From positions 1 through 64,000 of IMG/VR virus record IMGVR_UViG_3300017605_000880: DNA of 64,000 nt; one strand, written 5' to 3'. Below the pieces are notes generated by a model. It did no database searches and was not told where the DNA came from. It saw only the letters and a list, made by a program, of their open reading frames with translations. This stretch comes from a virus. Below are positions 36,865-45,626 of the stretch, piece after piece. The number at the start of each line of letters is the position of its first letter. Within the stretch, counting starts at the first letter, position 1. A program made the translations under genes and the position numbers.

Positions 36865-37881
36865 GTGCCGGCGCCCCGCGACCAGCCGCGTTGGCCCCGG
36901 GGATCGCCCGACGACCCGGAAGGTAGAGGCCAGGGCGGGCGGTGGCGTGAACGTAACGCCGCCACCATGTGGTCCGACCAGCTGTACACCCGGATCGGCG
37001 GGATCCCACCATGGGCCGATCGGGGCTACATCGCCCGGTTGGCATTGCTGCGTCCGAAACGGGAAGGCCGCTTGTCGGGCGGGGCGGTGGCGCAGACCCA
37101 ACAGCTGGAGTACGACGGCGGCGGGGTGGCCGTCCGCAAGACCTTCTCCGACGACGACGACGGGATACGGGCAGCTTCGGCCGAATATCTGTCGTCGTTG
37201 GTGTCGGACGTGGTCGGGGCGATGGCCCCGGCGGTGGTGAAAGACCCGACCGATCCGGAACACGCGGTGATCATGGGCCGGGTCAACGGCGACCTCGGGA
37301 CGTTGCACACCGGCAGCAAAGATGCCACCGAGTGGGGCGAGGCCCGGTATTGGTACGCCGAGTCCGACGCCGGACGCCGGATCGGGCTGTTGGATGTCCT
37401 GATCGCGAACCGCGACCGGCATTCGATGAACTGGATCGTGTCGAACGAACTGGACGCCCCCCATGCGTGGCGGCCGGACCAGGGTACGATCCGCCGGCCG
37501 ATCCCGATCGACCATTCGGAGGCGTTTCAGGACACGTTGATCGCCGGGGCGGGGTTGAAGATCGTCAGCCCGGAAGGGCAGTACACCGCCCCGATGGAGC
37601 TTCTGGCGTACCGTGGGTTCACTGGGGCGTGGCTGCAACGTGCGGGGGAGTTGGCCGACCAGTCGGGGGTGGCGATCGACGCCTGGTCGTTGGGTGGGAC
37701 GTTTGCCTACGCCGAGAAGAACCCGCTGCACCCGGACGATATCCCGGTCTTGCGGGCCCGGTTGGAGGCGCTGCGGCCCAGGTTCGCCGACGAGGATATG
37801 CTCGAGCAGTACACGTTGATGATGCGCCGGTTCGAACACCTCGCCCGGCGGGCCGCCGGGACCGAGCGGATGTTCCCGTGA
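36865..37881 (+). CDS. PRWP-tagged HipA/PI3-PI4-kinase-like kinase 1
   Basis: QPRWPRG...GGRW tag; GGAVA loop, VRK, SAEYL, LLDVLIANRDRHSMNW, IPIDHS. Confidence 0.8.
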   Translation: MPAPRDQPRWPRGSPDDPEGRGQGGRWRERNAATMWSDQLYTRIGGIPPWADRGYIARLALLRPKREGRLSGGAVAQTQQLEYDGGGVAVRKTFSDDDDGIRAASAEYLSSLVSDVVGAMAPAVVKDPTDPEHAVIMGRVNGDLGTLHTGSKDATEWGEARYWYAESDAGRRIGLLDVLIANRDRHSMNWIVSNELDAPHAWRPDQGTIRRPIPIDHSEAFQDTLIAGAGLKIVSPEGQYTAPMELLAYRGFTGAWLQRAGELADQSGVAIDAWSLGGTFAYAEKNPLHPDDIPVLRARLEALRPRFADEDMLEQYTLMMRRFEHLARRAAGTERMFP

Positions 37882-38720
37882 GCCGCGCCTGGGACGAGGC
37901 GGAACATCCCCGCGACGAGGATGGGCGGTTCACCGAAGCCTGGGCCGCCTCGCTCGCCGCGACCCTCCCGCACCGGTTCATGACCCACGCCCAGCTGGCC
38001 GACTACGCCGACCGGACCGACTACACCCGGGCGTACTTCCACGGTGGCGGGTCGTCGATCACCGCCGTCCGGACCTACAGCGACGGCCGGGAACTGCTCG
38101 AGAAGTACCACATCGACACCGACGACCAGGCCGATACTGAGGTTGCGGTCAGCTATATCGGCGGGGTGGTCCGGGCCCCGGTCCCCCCGGTGGTGCTACT
38201 GCCCGAGACCGACGAAGACGGCAACCTCGGGACCCTATCCGAATACATCCACGGCAAAACCGCCGCCCAGGTCCTGCCCGAGTACACGAGCATCGGGATC
38301 CCCGAGTACGAACGGCGAACCGGCGAACTGGCTGCGCAGTACCAGGACGACCGGCTCGGGTTGTTGGACCTGCTGATCGGCAACACCGACCGGCACGCCG
38401 GCAACTGGATCATCGCCCCCACCGACCCGCACCACCGGGTCCAGACCGGGCCCAGCCGGGTGGTCGGGATCGACCACGCGAACGCTGAGTTCCAAGGCCA
38501 CACCACCAGCCCGTTCGCCGACTACCTGTACGACACGGCGGCGTTCCAGCTTAGGACCGGAACCCACAGCTGGCCAACGGCGGAGTTGGATCGAATCCAA
38601 CGCGGGATCGACGACCTGCACCATGTCGGGATTGTCCCCGCCTGGGAACACCGCAGCATGTCCGCGACACTGCGCGACCTGCGCAAGCTCGCCCCGGACG
38701 CCCCCGGGAGGGTCCAGTGA
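37878..38720 (+). CDS. HPR-tagged HipA/PI3-PI4-kinase-like kinase 2
   Basis: GTG at 37878; WDEAEHPRDEDGRFTE tag; GGGSS, LEK, LLDLLIGNTDRHAGNW, GIDHA. Confidence 0.8.
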   Translation: MSRAWDEAEHPRDEDGRFTEAWAASLAATLPHRFMTHAQLADYADRTDYTRAYFHGGGSSITAVRTYSDGRELLEKYHIDTDDQADTEVAVSYIGGVVRAPVPPVVLLPETDEDGNLGTLSEYIHGKTAAQVLPEYTSIGIPEYERRTGELAAQYQDDRLGLLDLLIGNTDRHAGNWIIAPTDPHHRVQTGPSRVVGIDHANAEFQGHTTSPFADYLYDTAAFQLRTGTHSWPTAELDRIQRGIDDLHHVGIVPAWEHRSMSATLRDLRKLAPDAPGRVQ

Positions 38721-39592
38721 CCGACCAGCCGCGCTGGCCCGAAGGCACGCCCATCGCCCCCGACGGGAAAGGACCCGGCGGCGGGAGGTTCCGCGACAGC
38801 GTCCCCGAAGGGTGGGCGTTGCAGACCGCGCTGGTGCTCGGGCAGAAACAACCCTGGAAGCGGATCTCGCGCGGCGAGCTGAGCCTGGCCGTACGGCGCG
38901 GCACCGACGCTGCTGCCGCCGATAAGCTGCACGGCGGGGAGATGGCCCAGACTCAGATCTTCACCTACCCCGACGGGCAGGCGGTCGTCAGGAAAACCTA
39001 CGGCCGGATGGACCACGATTCGGTCGATTCGGAATACCTGGTCGGGTTGGTGTCGGAGGCGATCGGCGCACCCACCCCGGCTGTGGTCCGCGACCCCGGC
39101 GGTGACCCGGCCGTGGTGTGGATGCAGTACGTGCCGGGTTCGTTGGCCGCCTCGCAGCTGCCCCGCCGGTTGACCCCCGACCCGTACGCTTCTGACGACG
39201 CGGCGCTGCTCGGGCTGCTCGACGTGCTGGCGTTGAACTGGGACCGCAACGCCGGCAACTGGAAGTACGCCCCCGGGAACCGGATCGTCGGGATCGACCA
39301 CGGTGAGGCGTTCAAGCTGTCGGTCCCAGACTTTTCGGACGGATCGCCCGGCATCCCCAGGCAGATGCGCGACTCCGGGTTCACCAAACTGTACGCCGAC
39401 CGGGGTGTGATGGGTTGGTCCTGGAAAGACAACGACCTGCACCCCGACGACCTGGAGGCGATCCGACCCCGGCTGCAGGCGCTGCGGGCACAGTTCGTCC
39501 AAGCCCACCTGGGGCACTACCACCAGGAGATGATGCGCCGACTGGGTGAGTTGCAACGCCGCGCCCGGGGGACCCGCCGGAGGATCCAATGA
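38717..39592 (+). CDS. PRWP-tagged HipA/PI3-PI4-kinase-like kinase 3
   Basis: QPRWPEGTP..GPGGGRF tag; GGEMA, VRK, SEYL, LLDVLALNWDRNAGNW, GIDHG. Confidence 0.8.
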   Translation: MTDQPRWPEGTPIAPDGKGPGGGRFRDSVPEGWALQTALVLGQKQPWKRISRGELSLAVRRGTDAAAADKLHGGEMAQTQIFTYPDGQAVVRKTYGRMDHDSVDSEYLVGLVSEAIGAPTPAVVRDPGGDPAVVWMQYVPGSLAASQLPRRLTPDPYASDDAALLGLLDVLALNWDRNAGNWKYAPGNRIVGIDHGEAFKLSVPDFSDGSPGIPRQMRDSGFTKLYADRGVMGWSWKDNDLHPDDLEAIRPRLQALRAQFVQAHLGHYHQEMMRRLGELQRRARGTRRRIQ

Positions 39593-40653
39593 CCCTGCCG
39601 ATCGGACCGACCGACGAACAACTCGACGTCGAACTGCGCGCCGCTGCGATCTTAACCAACGAACTGCGCCAGCAGCTGGAGGCCGCGACCCGCCAGATCG
39701 CCGCGTTGTACATCGGGCTCGCGGGCAGTTTGAGCCAACCACTGCCGCCGCCGGTCCGTCGCCGGTTCGCCGACGCCGCCGGACGGATCATCGCCCGGGT
39801 GGCGGTCGACATCCGGGTCCCGTTGTGGGAGATGGTCCTGCAGGCGTTAGACCTGGGGCAGCAGTCGGCGACCCCTTTCGTACAGCAGGTCCCGGCACGG
39901 CTGCGCAGCTACAGCCAATACACCTACGACCAGCTGATGGCCGGGTTGGAGCAGTTGGAACGCCCACCGGCGACGGTGCACCAGTGGGTGGTTGCGTTGG
40001 CAGCGGCTGCCCAGGCAAGGATCGACGCGCAGTTGTTGTCCGCACAGACAGCCGGGCAGGTCGGTGCCCCTCCGGAGGACTTCGCGGAGGTGCTAGCGCG
40101 GATTATCGCCCCCGCCGAGCAGGCGTTGACTGGGCTCGAACGCGACACCCGGTGGGCGACCAACGCCGGGTTCAACATGGGGGTCCGGGAGGTTGCCGAC
40201 CTGGCGGGGGTGTCGCGGATGTGGATCGCCGAACGCGACGCCTGCCTGCACTGCCTGGCGTTGTCCGGTGAGATCGCCGGGCCGGGCCAGCCGTACAACG
40301 CGAACCTGACGTTCTACATCGGGCCGAACGGGCTGTTCAAACCGCTCCCGGTCTATCCGATCGGCCCGTTGTGGGGTCCGCCCCGGCATCCGAACTGCCG
40401 GTGTTTCCAACGACCTGCGCCGGTCCTGGCGGGATATCCGGTCCAGCCGTGGGAGTCGGGGCCGTACACCCCGGCGGAGGCGTTGAAACGCGAAGCCCGC
40501 CGGTCGGTGCTGCGCGGGGTGAGTGGGTCGGATTCGCTGCCGGCCCGGTTGCGCGCCACGGATGCTTTACTGGCCGTGGGTGCTGGGTTGCCGGTGTCGG
40601 TGGAGCGGCGGGCCCGGCGGGCGGTACGTCGTGGCGGATATGGGGGGAGGTGA
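39589..40653 (+). CDS. MuF-like minor head protein
   Basis: WIAERDACLHC...PPRHPNCRC. Confidence 0.8.
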   Translation: MTLPIGPTDEQLDVELRAAAILTNELRQQLEAATRQIAALYIGLAGSLSQPLPPPVRRRFADAAGRIIARVAVDIRVPLWEMVLQALDLGQQSATPFVQQVPARLRSYSQYTYDQLMAGLEQLERPPATVHQWVVALAAAAQARIDAQLLSAQTAGQVGAPPEDFAEVLARIIAPAEQALTGLERDTRWATNAGFNMGVREVADLAGVSRMWIAERDACLHCLALSGEIAGPGQPYNANLTFYIGPNGLFKPLPVYPIGPLWGPPRHPNCRCFQRPAPVLAGYPVQPWESGPYTPAEALKREARRSVLRGVSGSDSLPARLRATDALLAVGAGLPVSVERRARRAVRRGGYGGR

Positions 40654-40658
40654 TTGGG

Positions 40659-40751
40659 ATGGCGAAGAAGGGCCGGTTGGGCAACTTCGGCGGGAAGAAG
40701 GCCCCGCCGTTCACGAAGAAGAGCGGCGGCAAGGGCGGTAAGAAGAAGTGA
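40659..40751 (+). CDS. 30-aa Lys/Gly-rich peptide
   Basis: GGAGG SD; MAKKGRLGNFGGKKAPPFTKKSGGKGGKKK; GTGA overlap with next gene. Confidence 0.55.
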   Translation: MAKKGRLGNFGGKKAPPFTKKSGGKGGKKK

Positions 40752-41509
40752 CGCAGCAGCGCTGGCCCCGGGGCACTCCGGTCGCCCCGGGTGGCCACGG
40801 CCCGGGTGGCGGGCGCTACCGGGGTGTGTCCAGTTCGGCGTACGGTGATGATGACCATGATGTGTGGGTCAGTACCGTGTCGGACCGGATGGACCGGATG
40901 GAGGTGTTGAAGCGGACCCCGCCGTGGATCTCTGGGCGGGCCGAGTGGAAGCGACACCACCGCGACCAGTGGGTGCAGAAGGCAGCCGAGACCCTGGGTG
41001 AGCTGGGCTACCAGGCGGCGGACGCGCCGAACGGCGGGTTGTTGCCTCGCCCGCAGGGTGCGGCGGGATCCTACCACTACCGGTTCTCCCCTGAGACCCT
41101 CGGCGAGATCTACGACCAACACGCCTACCGGTACTACCCGCACGACTACATGATCGACGCCATCGGCATCCTCGAGGACGGGTCGCCTGAGGGGCTGCCT
41201 GAGCTGCGCAACGCCCGAGGCGACTGGCGGGTCTCGATGCGGGCCTACGGCGAAAGCCCGGACACGAAAGAGATCCTCGGGCATGCCCTGGCCGCCCACC
41301 CCGACTACGCCACCTCCGGGGATTTCTCCATCCGGACACCGTCGGGGGAGTGGGCGATGCTGGAGGAGATGTACGTCGACCCGGAAGACCCGGACACGCT
41401 TGAGTTGCACGCTGGGGATCAGGTGTGGCAGATCGACACCAGCGATGATGTTCTGATCCGGCGCAACTGGGAGCCGAAATACCGCAGCCCCATACTCGGG
41501 AAGAGGTAA
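40748..41509 (+). CDS. RWP-tagged protein with repeated beta-rich domain
   Basis: QQRWPRGTPVAPGGHGPGGGRY tag; C-term FSIRTPSGEWAMLEEMY... Confidence 0.7.
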   Translation: MTQQRWPRGTPVAPGGHGPGGGRYRGVSSSAYGDDDHDVWVSTVSDRMDRMEVLKRTPPWISGRAEWKRHHRDQWVQKAAETLGELGYQAADAPNGGLLPRPQGAAGSYHYRFSPETLGEIYDQHAYRYYPHDYMIDAIGILEDGSPEGLPELRNARGDWRVSMRAYGESPDTKEILGHALAAHPDYATSGDFSIRTPSGEWAMLEEMYVDPEDPDTLELHAGDQVWQIDTSDDVLIRRNWEPKYRSPILGKR

Positions 41510-41511
41510 CC

Positions 41512-43152
41512 GTGGCCCGCAGGTTCGTCGAACGCGACCACCCCCGGTGGCCGGCTGAGGCGCCGGACAGTAAGGGCGGGGAGTTCCGCGACAAGACCCC
41601 CGAGATCGGCGGGGGCGGCGGAGATTGGGCGGATCGACTGTCCGGGCGGATCGGGGTGCAGCCGGCGGGCCGGCACGGGTCGGTCGCGACCGGGCTGCGC
41701 CAGACCTGCCCGGTGTGTTACCGGCAGGTGAAGGTGGTCGGGTCGGGGAAGCTGTCGACCCACAATGGGCACGACGGGAAACGCTGCCCCGGGTCGGGGA
41801 TGCCGGCGACGGTCAAACCACCGGCGGATATCCAACGGGCCCCCACCCGCAGGACCCCCGGTGCGAAACCACCGGCGAAGAAGGCCACCCGCCGCGCGGC
41901 TGGCACGCTGCGGCCCCCGCCGCCGCCGAAGGTCACCCCCGGGGCGTGGGATGCGCCGGTCACGGGTGCGGCCGAGATCAGGATGGCCGACTGGCGGTCC
42001 CGTACGATGCACCGTCAGGCCGACGGGTCGATGTACCACCCGAACACCGCCGCCACCCGCGCGGCGGAGATCCAACGGCTACACGACGACATCCAGCAGG
42101 AGGAGAAGAACCTGGAGGGCCGGCGCAACCGGGTGATGATCGATGCCGCCAGAGCCGCCCTGGGGTTGAAGCACTGGGAGTACCTGCCGGTCGGTGTGGC
42201 GCTGGACCTACATAAGACCGACGCCGACACTGACCCGCACGTGCTCGCGGCGGAGGCTAAGCTGCGGGCGTTGCGCAACCAGCTGGACTACGCCGAGTCG
42301 GCGATCAAACAGGACCGGCCGTTCGATCCGACTAACCCGCTTGCCTACTACGGTCCGTTGTTGCATATCGAATCGAACGACTGGTTCGCCTACGGTGTCC
42401 TGGATCAACTCGAGCAGCGGGTCCCGCCCGCGTTCCACAAAGCAGTAGCGGAATGGCTGGCGTACCAGAGCCGAAACAACAACAGCTCCGGGATTTGGGT
42501 CGGCAGCACCCACAGCATCCGCGACCTGGACAACCTGAAACGGCAGATCACCAAACCGCCGCGCGGGTGGGGCAAGAAAGCCACCATGGCCACCTGGGAC
42601 GACGTGGACGGGGTGGTGTCCGGCAGCGCCGTCTACGCGGTCGTGCACACCGAGAACAGTGAATCGCACCTGCGCAGCCGGCGCGGGTACCGCAGGATGG
42701 CCGGGCAACCGGACGAGCTTGCCGTCGGCGACGCTGGGCTGCACGAGTTCGGCCACGTCCTAGATGCTGCGATGGGGTTCTTCAACACCAACCGGGCCTA
42801 CCGGTGGGACGACGCATCGGCCCAGCGGAAGTGGCGTCTGATCCACGGGAAGGTCAAACGCGACTCGCGGACCCTGTCGCCGTACTACCGGCAGAAAGGC
42901 GACGCCGGCCCGGAGGAGTTCTGGGCGGATGCGTTCTTCACCTGGGCGTCAGCCGACCCGGAACTCGACCCGATCGACAAGGACGTCGGGTATCCACGGC
43001 GGCGGACGATCACGAAGCAGGACCGGCTGTTGGCCGAGACCTACGGGACCAGCTTGGCGTTGGCGCAGGAGATCTCGGATTACTTCAACGGGCTACACCG
43101 GGATCTGGTCAGCGGGCGGCGGCTACCGAGGATCGAACAGAGGAGGCCGTGA
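41512..43152 (+). CDS. HPR-tagged Zn-ribbon + zincin (lethal-factor-like) metallopeptidase
   Basis: FVERDHPRWPAEAPDSKGGEFRDK tag; CPVC..H..C; LHEFGHVLD...LSPYY...EEFWADAF. Confidence 0.75.
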   Translation: MARRFVERDHPRWPAEAPDSKGGEFRDKTPEIGGGGGDWADRLSGRIGVQPAGRHGSVATGLRQTCPVCYRQVKVVGSGKLSTHNGHDGKRCPGSGMPATVKPPADIQRAPTRRTPGAKPPAKKATRRAAGTLRPPPPPKVTPGAWDAPVTGAAEIRMADWRSRTMHRQADGSMYHPNTAATRAAEIQRLHDDIQQEEKNLEGRRNRVMIDAARAALGLKHWEYLPVGVALDLHKTDADTDPHVLAAEAKLRALRNQLDYAESAIKQDRPFDPTNPLAYYGPLLHIESNDWFAYGVLDQLEQRVPPAFHKAVAEWLAYQSRNNNSSGIWVGSTHSIRDLDNLKRQITKPPRGWGKKATMATWDDVDGVVSGSAVYAVVHTENSESHLRSRRGYRRMAGQPDELAVGDAGLHEFGHVLDAAMGFFNTNRAYRWDDASAQRKWRLIHGKVKRDSRTLSPYYRQKGDAGPEEFWADAFFTWASADPELDPIDKDVGYPRRRTITKQDRLLAETYGTSLALAQEISDYFNGLHRDLVSGRRLPRIEQRRP

Positions 43153-43349
43153 TGTCGGTCGGTGAACCGTGGCAGGACAAGAATGGCCAGTGGATGGTCC
43201 CGACCCGGGTTGAAGGCGGCGACGAGGACGACCAGCGGGTGGTGGGGATGGGTTGGGCTCCGTTGACCCCGGACCATCCGTTGTACGAGCAGTGGCTGCA
43301 GTACATCCGGGCTGGTTGGGCACGCGAGGTCGACGCCCGGATCAGCTAG
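43152..43349 (+). CDS. 65-aa protein, candidate immunity/inhibitor
   Basis: AGGAGG SD; TGATG overlap with the zincin gene. Confidence 0.6.
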   Translation: MSVGEPWQDKNGQWMVPTRVEGGDEDDQRVVGMGWAPLTPDHPLYEQWLQYIRAGWAREVDARIS

Positions 43350-43417
43350 AATGGCGGGATCCCCCGGGATGGGGGGGCTGGCGTGATGCCGGCACCACGT
43401 GGACAGGAGCGGTCGGG

Positions 43418-44206
43418 ATGACCAGACGAGACGGCGCGATTGTGGCGGGGCCGGACGACGACGACCTGGACCCCAACGGGCCGGACGAGGACGACGAGCC
43501 TGACGAGGACGAACTGGAAACACCGCCGGCCCAGCAGCAGGGGCCGACCCGTGAGGAGCTTCTGGCGGAGGTCCAGCGGCTGCGCCGGGGCAACACCCGC
43601 AACAACCGGGAGCTGCAGAAAACCCGCCAGGTCACGGCGTGGATGAAGAAAAACGGCATCACCGACCTCGAGCAGTGGCTGGCCGACCAGCAGGGCCCGT
43701 CCGGCAGCCCCGGCGAGGTATCTGGGAGCCCCACGGAGACACTCGGAACGCCACCCGGGCATGTCGATAACCCCCCGGCCCCCCCAGCGCCTCCGGCGCC
43801 GCCCGCGCCGTCTGAGGCGGAGGTCGAACGGCGGGTCCGGCTCGAGTTGGAGCGGCGGCAGGCGCAGGACGAAGAGCGGGTCGACAAGCTCACTAACTCG
43901 CTGCGCGCGAGCGCCATCCAGGCCGCCCTGTCCAGCGCCCGGTTTAGCGGGACCGTCGCGACCGCGTTGAAGGTCATCGACCAGTCGAAGATCGAAGTCG
44001 ATGCCGACGGGAACGTCACCGGGGTCGAGGACGCGGTGGCCGAGTTGCGGGCGGAGATCCCCGAATGGTTCCGCCGCCCCGCCCAGACGGCACCCAGCCC
44101 GACCCGCAACGGCGGTGCGGTTGACGGCGGGGAGAAGCGCCCGCCGCCTGCGAAGCCGCGACGTTGGGAAGACCAGATCGTTGACCGGTGGCGAGGCGGC
44201 CGGTAA
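43418..44206 (+). CDS. capsid scaffolding protein
   Basis: Acidic N-term, coiled coil, IEVDADGNVTGVEDAVAELRAEIPEWF; upstream of capsid gene. Confidence 0.8.
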   Translation: MTRRDGAIVAGPDDDDLDPNGPDEDDEPDEDELETPPAQQQGPTREELLAEVQRLRRGNTRNNRELQKTRQVTAWMKKNGITDLEQWLADQQGPSGSPGEVSGSPTETLGTPPGHVDNPPAPPAPPAPPAPSEAEVERRVRLELERRQAQDEERVDKLTNSLRASAIQAALSSARFSGTVATALKVIDQSKIEVDADGNVTGVEDAVAELRAEIPEWFRRPAQTAPSPTRNGGAVDGGEKRPPPAKPRRWEDQIVDRWRGGR

Positions 44207-44344
44207 GATCGGACCTGGGTTCACACCCCCCCTCACCCGCCCCCGCGCAAGACCCTCCGGGGACCTGGACAGCGAGCCGCCCCCGTGCTCGCCGGTGGTC
44301 CGGTCGGCGCGGGGGCGGCTCTATCCCGGGGTGAACCTGTGGGA

Positions 44345-44869
44345 TCAGACGTCCGGCGTGACTTCCTCGTCCGGGGAGTCGGTCGCCGCGAAACCCTCCG
44401 CCGCGCCGGCCGTGACGTTGATCGTGTCCTCGATCACGACCGGGGCGCCGCCGCCGTCCGGGGTGGCCGTGAACGTGAGCGCAGCCGCGCCGAGCGCGCC
44501 GCCGCCGACAGCCGCGATGACCGCGCTGCCGTCACCGTTGTCGGTGACGTTGATCAGCTCCGGGTTGGCGGTGGTGAACACCTGGGTGCCGACGAACGGC
44601 GCGCTGGCCGGAGCGCCGAACTCGTCGACCGGGGCGTAGGTACGGGTGAACTTCTTGTCCTGGGCGAGGTCACGCACGGTGTGGATCCTTCCATCTGTGG
44701 TGGGTACCGCTGGGGTGCTGTTGGGCACCCGGTCGGATGCGACGGTGTCTCGGTCAGTCCCGTCATGCAGCTGGAACTGGGGGCGTCGGCCCTTGACAAT
44801 GCGTCGCACCTGGAGAAAGGTGTCACCCTCGTCGGTGATCTGCCCCAGCGGGTAGAGGTCGCTTAGCAC
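44345..44869 (-). CDS. Ig-like beta-rich protein (possible internal start at 44677)
   Basis: GAGGGGAG SD before GTG 44869 and GGAAGGA before GTG 44677; FTTANPELINVTDNGDGSAVI. Confidence 0.55.
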   Translation of the reverse strand: MLSDLYPLGQITDEGDTFLQVRRIVKGRRPQFQLHDGTDRDTVASDRVPNSTPAVPTTDGRIHTVRDLAQDKKFTRTYAPVDEFGAPASAPFVGTQVFTTANPELINVTDNGDGSAVIAAVGGGALGAAALTFTATPDGGGAPVVIEDTINVTAGAAEGFAATDSPDEEVTPDV

Positions 44870-45005
44870 TGCGCCGGCTCCCCTCTCTTGTCTCTGGCAT
44901 CGTACCACCGGCTACCGTCGGCTGCCCGTTCGTATCGGTCGGCCATCCGCCGTTCGGTCACCCGTGGGTACGATTGACCTCGGTGTTTACCTTCCGCCCA
45001 GCAGA

Positions 45006-45050
45006 ACACCCCCCGGCCCGTCCGCGACGGGCGGTGCAGCCGGGGGGTGT
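45006..45050 (-). terminator. hairpin terminator downstream of lectin gene
   Basis: Perfect 12-bp IR ACACCCCCCGGC / GCCGGGGGGTGT. Confidence 0.55.
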
Positions 45051-45072
45051 GCAGTCGAGGCATCGGGGGGGG

Positions 45073-45615
45073 TCAGGCGTACGGTAGGTACCAGAGGCTC
45101 GCGCCGCTGCCGAACCCCTCAGCGCAGTTCGTGGTCTGCCTGACGTACGTGCCGAGGCCCGGGTCCTCCTCGGTCAGGCACTCGTTGGAGTAGGCGTTGC
45201 GCAGCTTGAACGTCCCCGGCAGCCCAGCGGGCCCGGGTTCCTGGACCCACTGCTCAGTGAACGAGGACCAGTCGCAACTCCACTGGACGATCGTCGAACG
45301 GTACAGACTGGCCACGCCCGGCGTCGTGCACCACAGGTTGTGGCCCGGCCGCACGAAGTACATGTTCGAGAACGTCCCGTCGGAGAACCAGAACTTCTGA
45401 TTCCACGAACCCGACGTCGGACCGCAGACGCTGACGGTCAACTGCTCGTTCATCTGCATCGACGAGTTCGGCACCTCCAGGCACAGGCCCGTGTTGTAGT
45501 TGATGATCCGGTGCAGGTAGCTCAGCGCGTGGGCCGGTGTCGCGATGGCGACCGCGCCAACGATCCCCACCAGCGCAGCCGTGAGCAGCGCCGCGACCCT
45601 CTGCTTGATCTTCAT
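45073..45615 (-). CDS. secreted ricin-B (beta-trefoil) lectin domain protein
   Basis: Sec signal ending PAHA; NTGLCLEV, NQKFW, EQW, LRNAYSNECL QxW-type repeats. Confidence 0.75.
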   Translation of the reverse strand: MKIKQRVAALLTAALVGIVGAVAIATPAHALSYLHRIINYNTGLCLEVPNSSMQMNEQLTVSVCGPTSGSWNQKFWFSDGTFSNMYFVRPGHNLWCTTPGVASLYRSTIVQWSCDWSSFTEQWVQEPGPAGLPGTFKLRNAYSNECLTEEDPGLGTYVRQTTNCAEGFGSGASLWYLPYA

Positions 45616-45626
45616 TCTCCCCTCCT

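Noticed and set aside
36969-37877. 583-aa version of kinase 2
   Set aside because: The extension overlaps kinase 1; the tag and GTGA overlap place the start at 37878.
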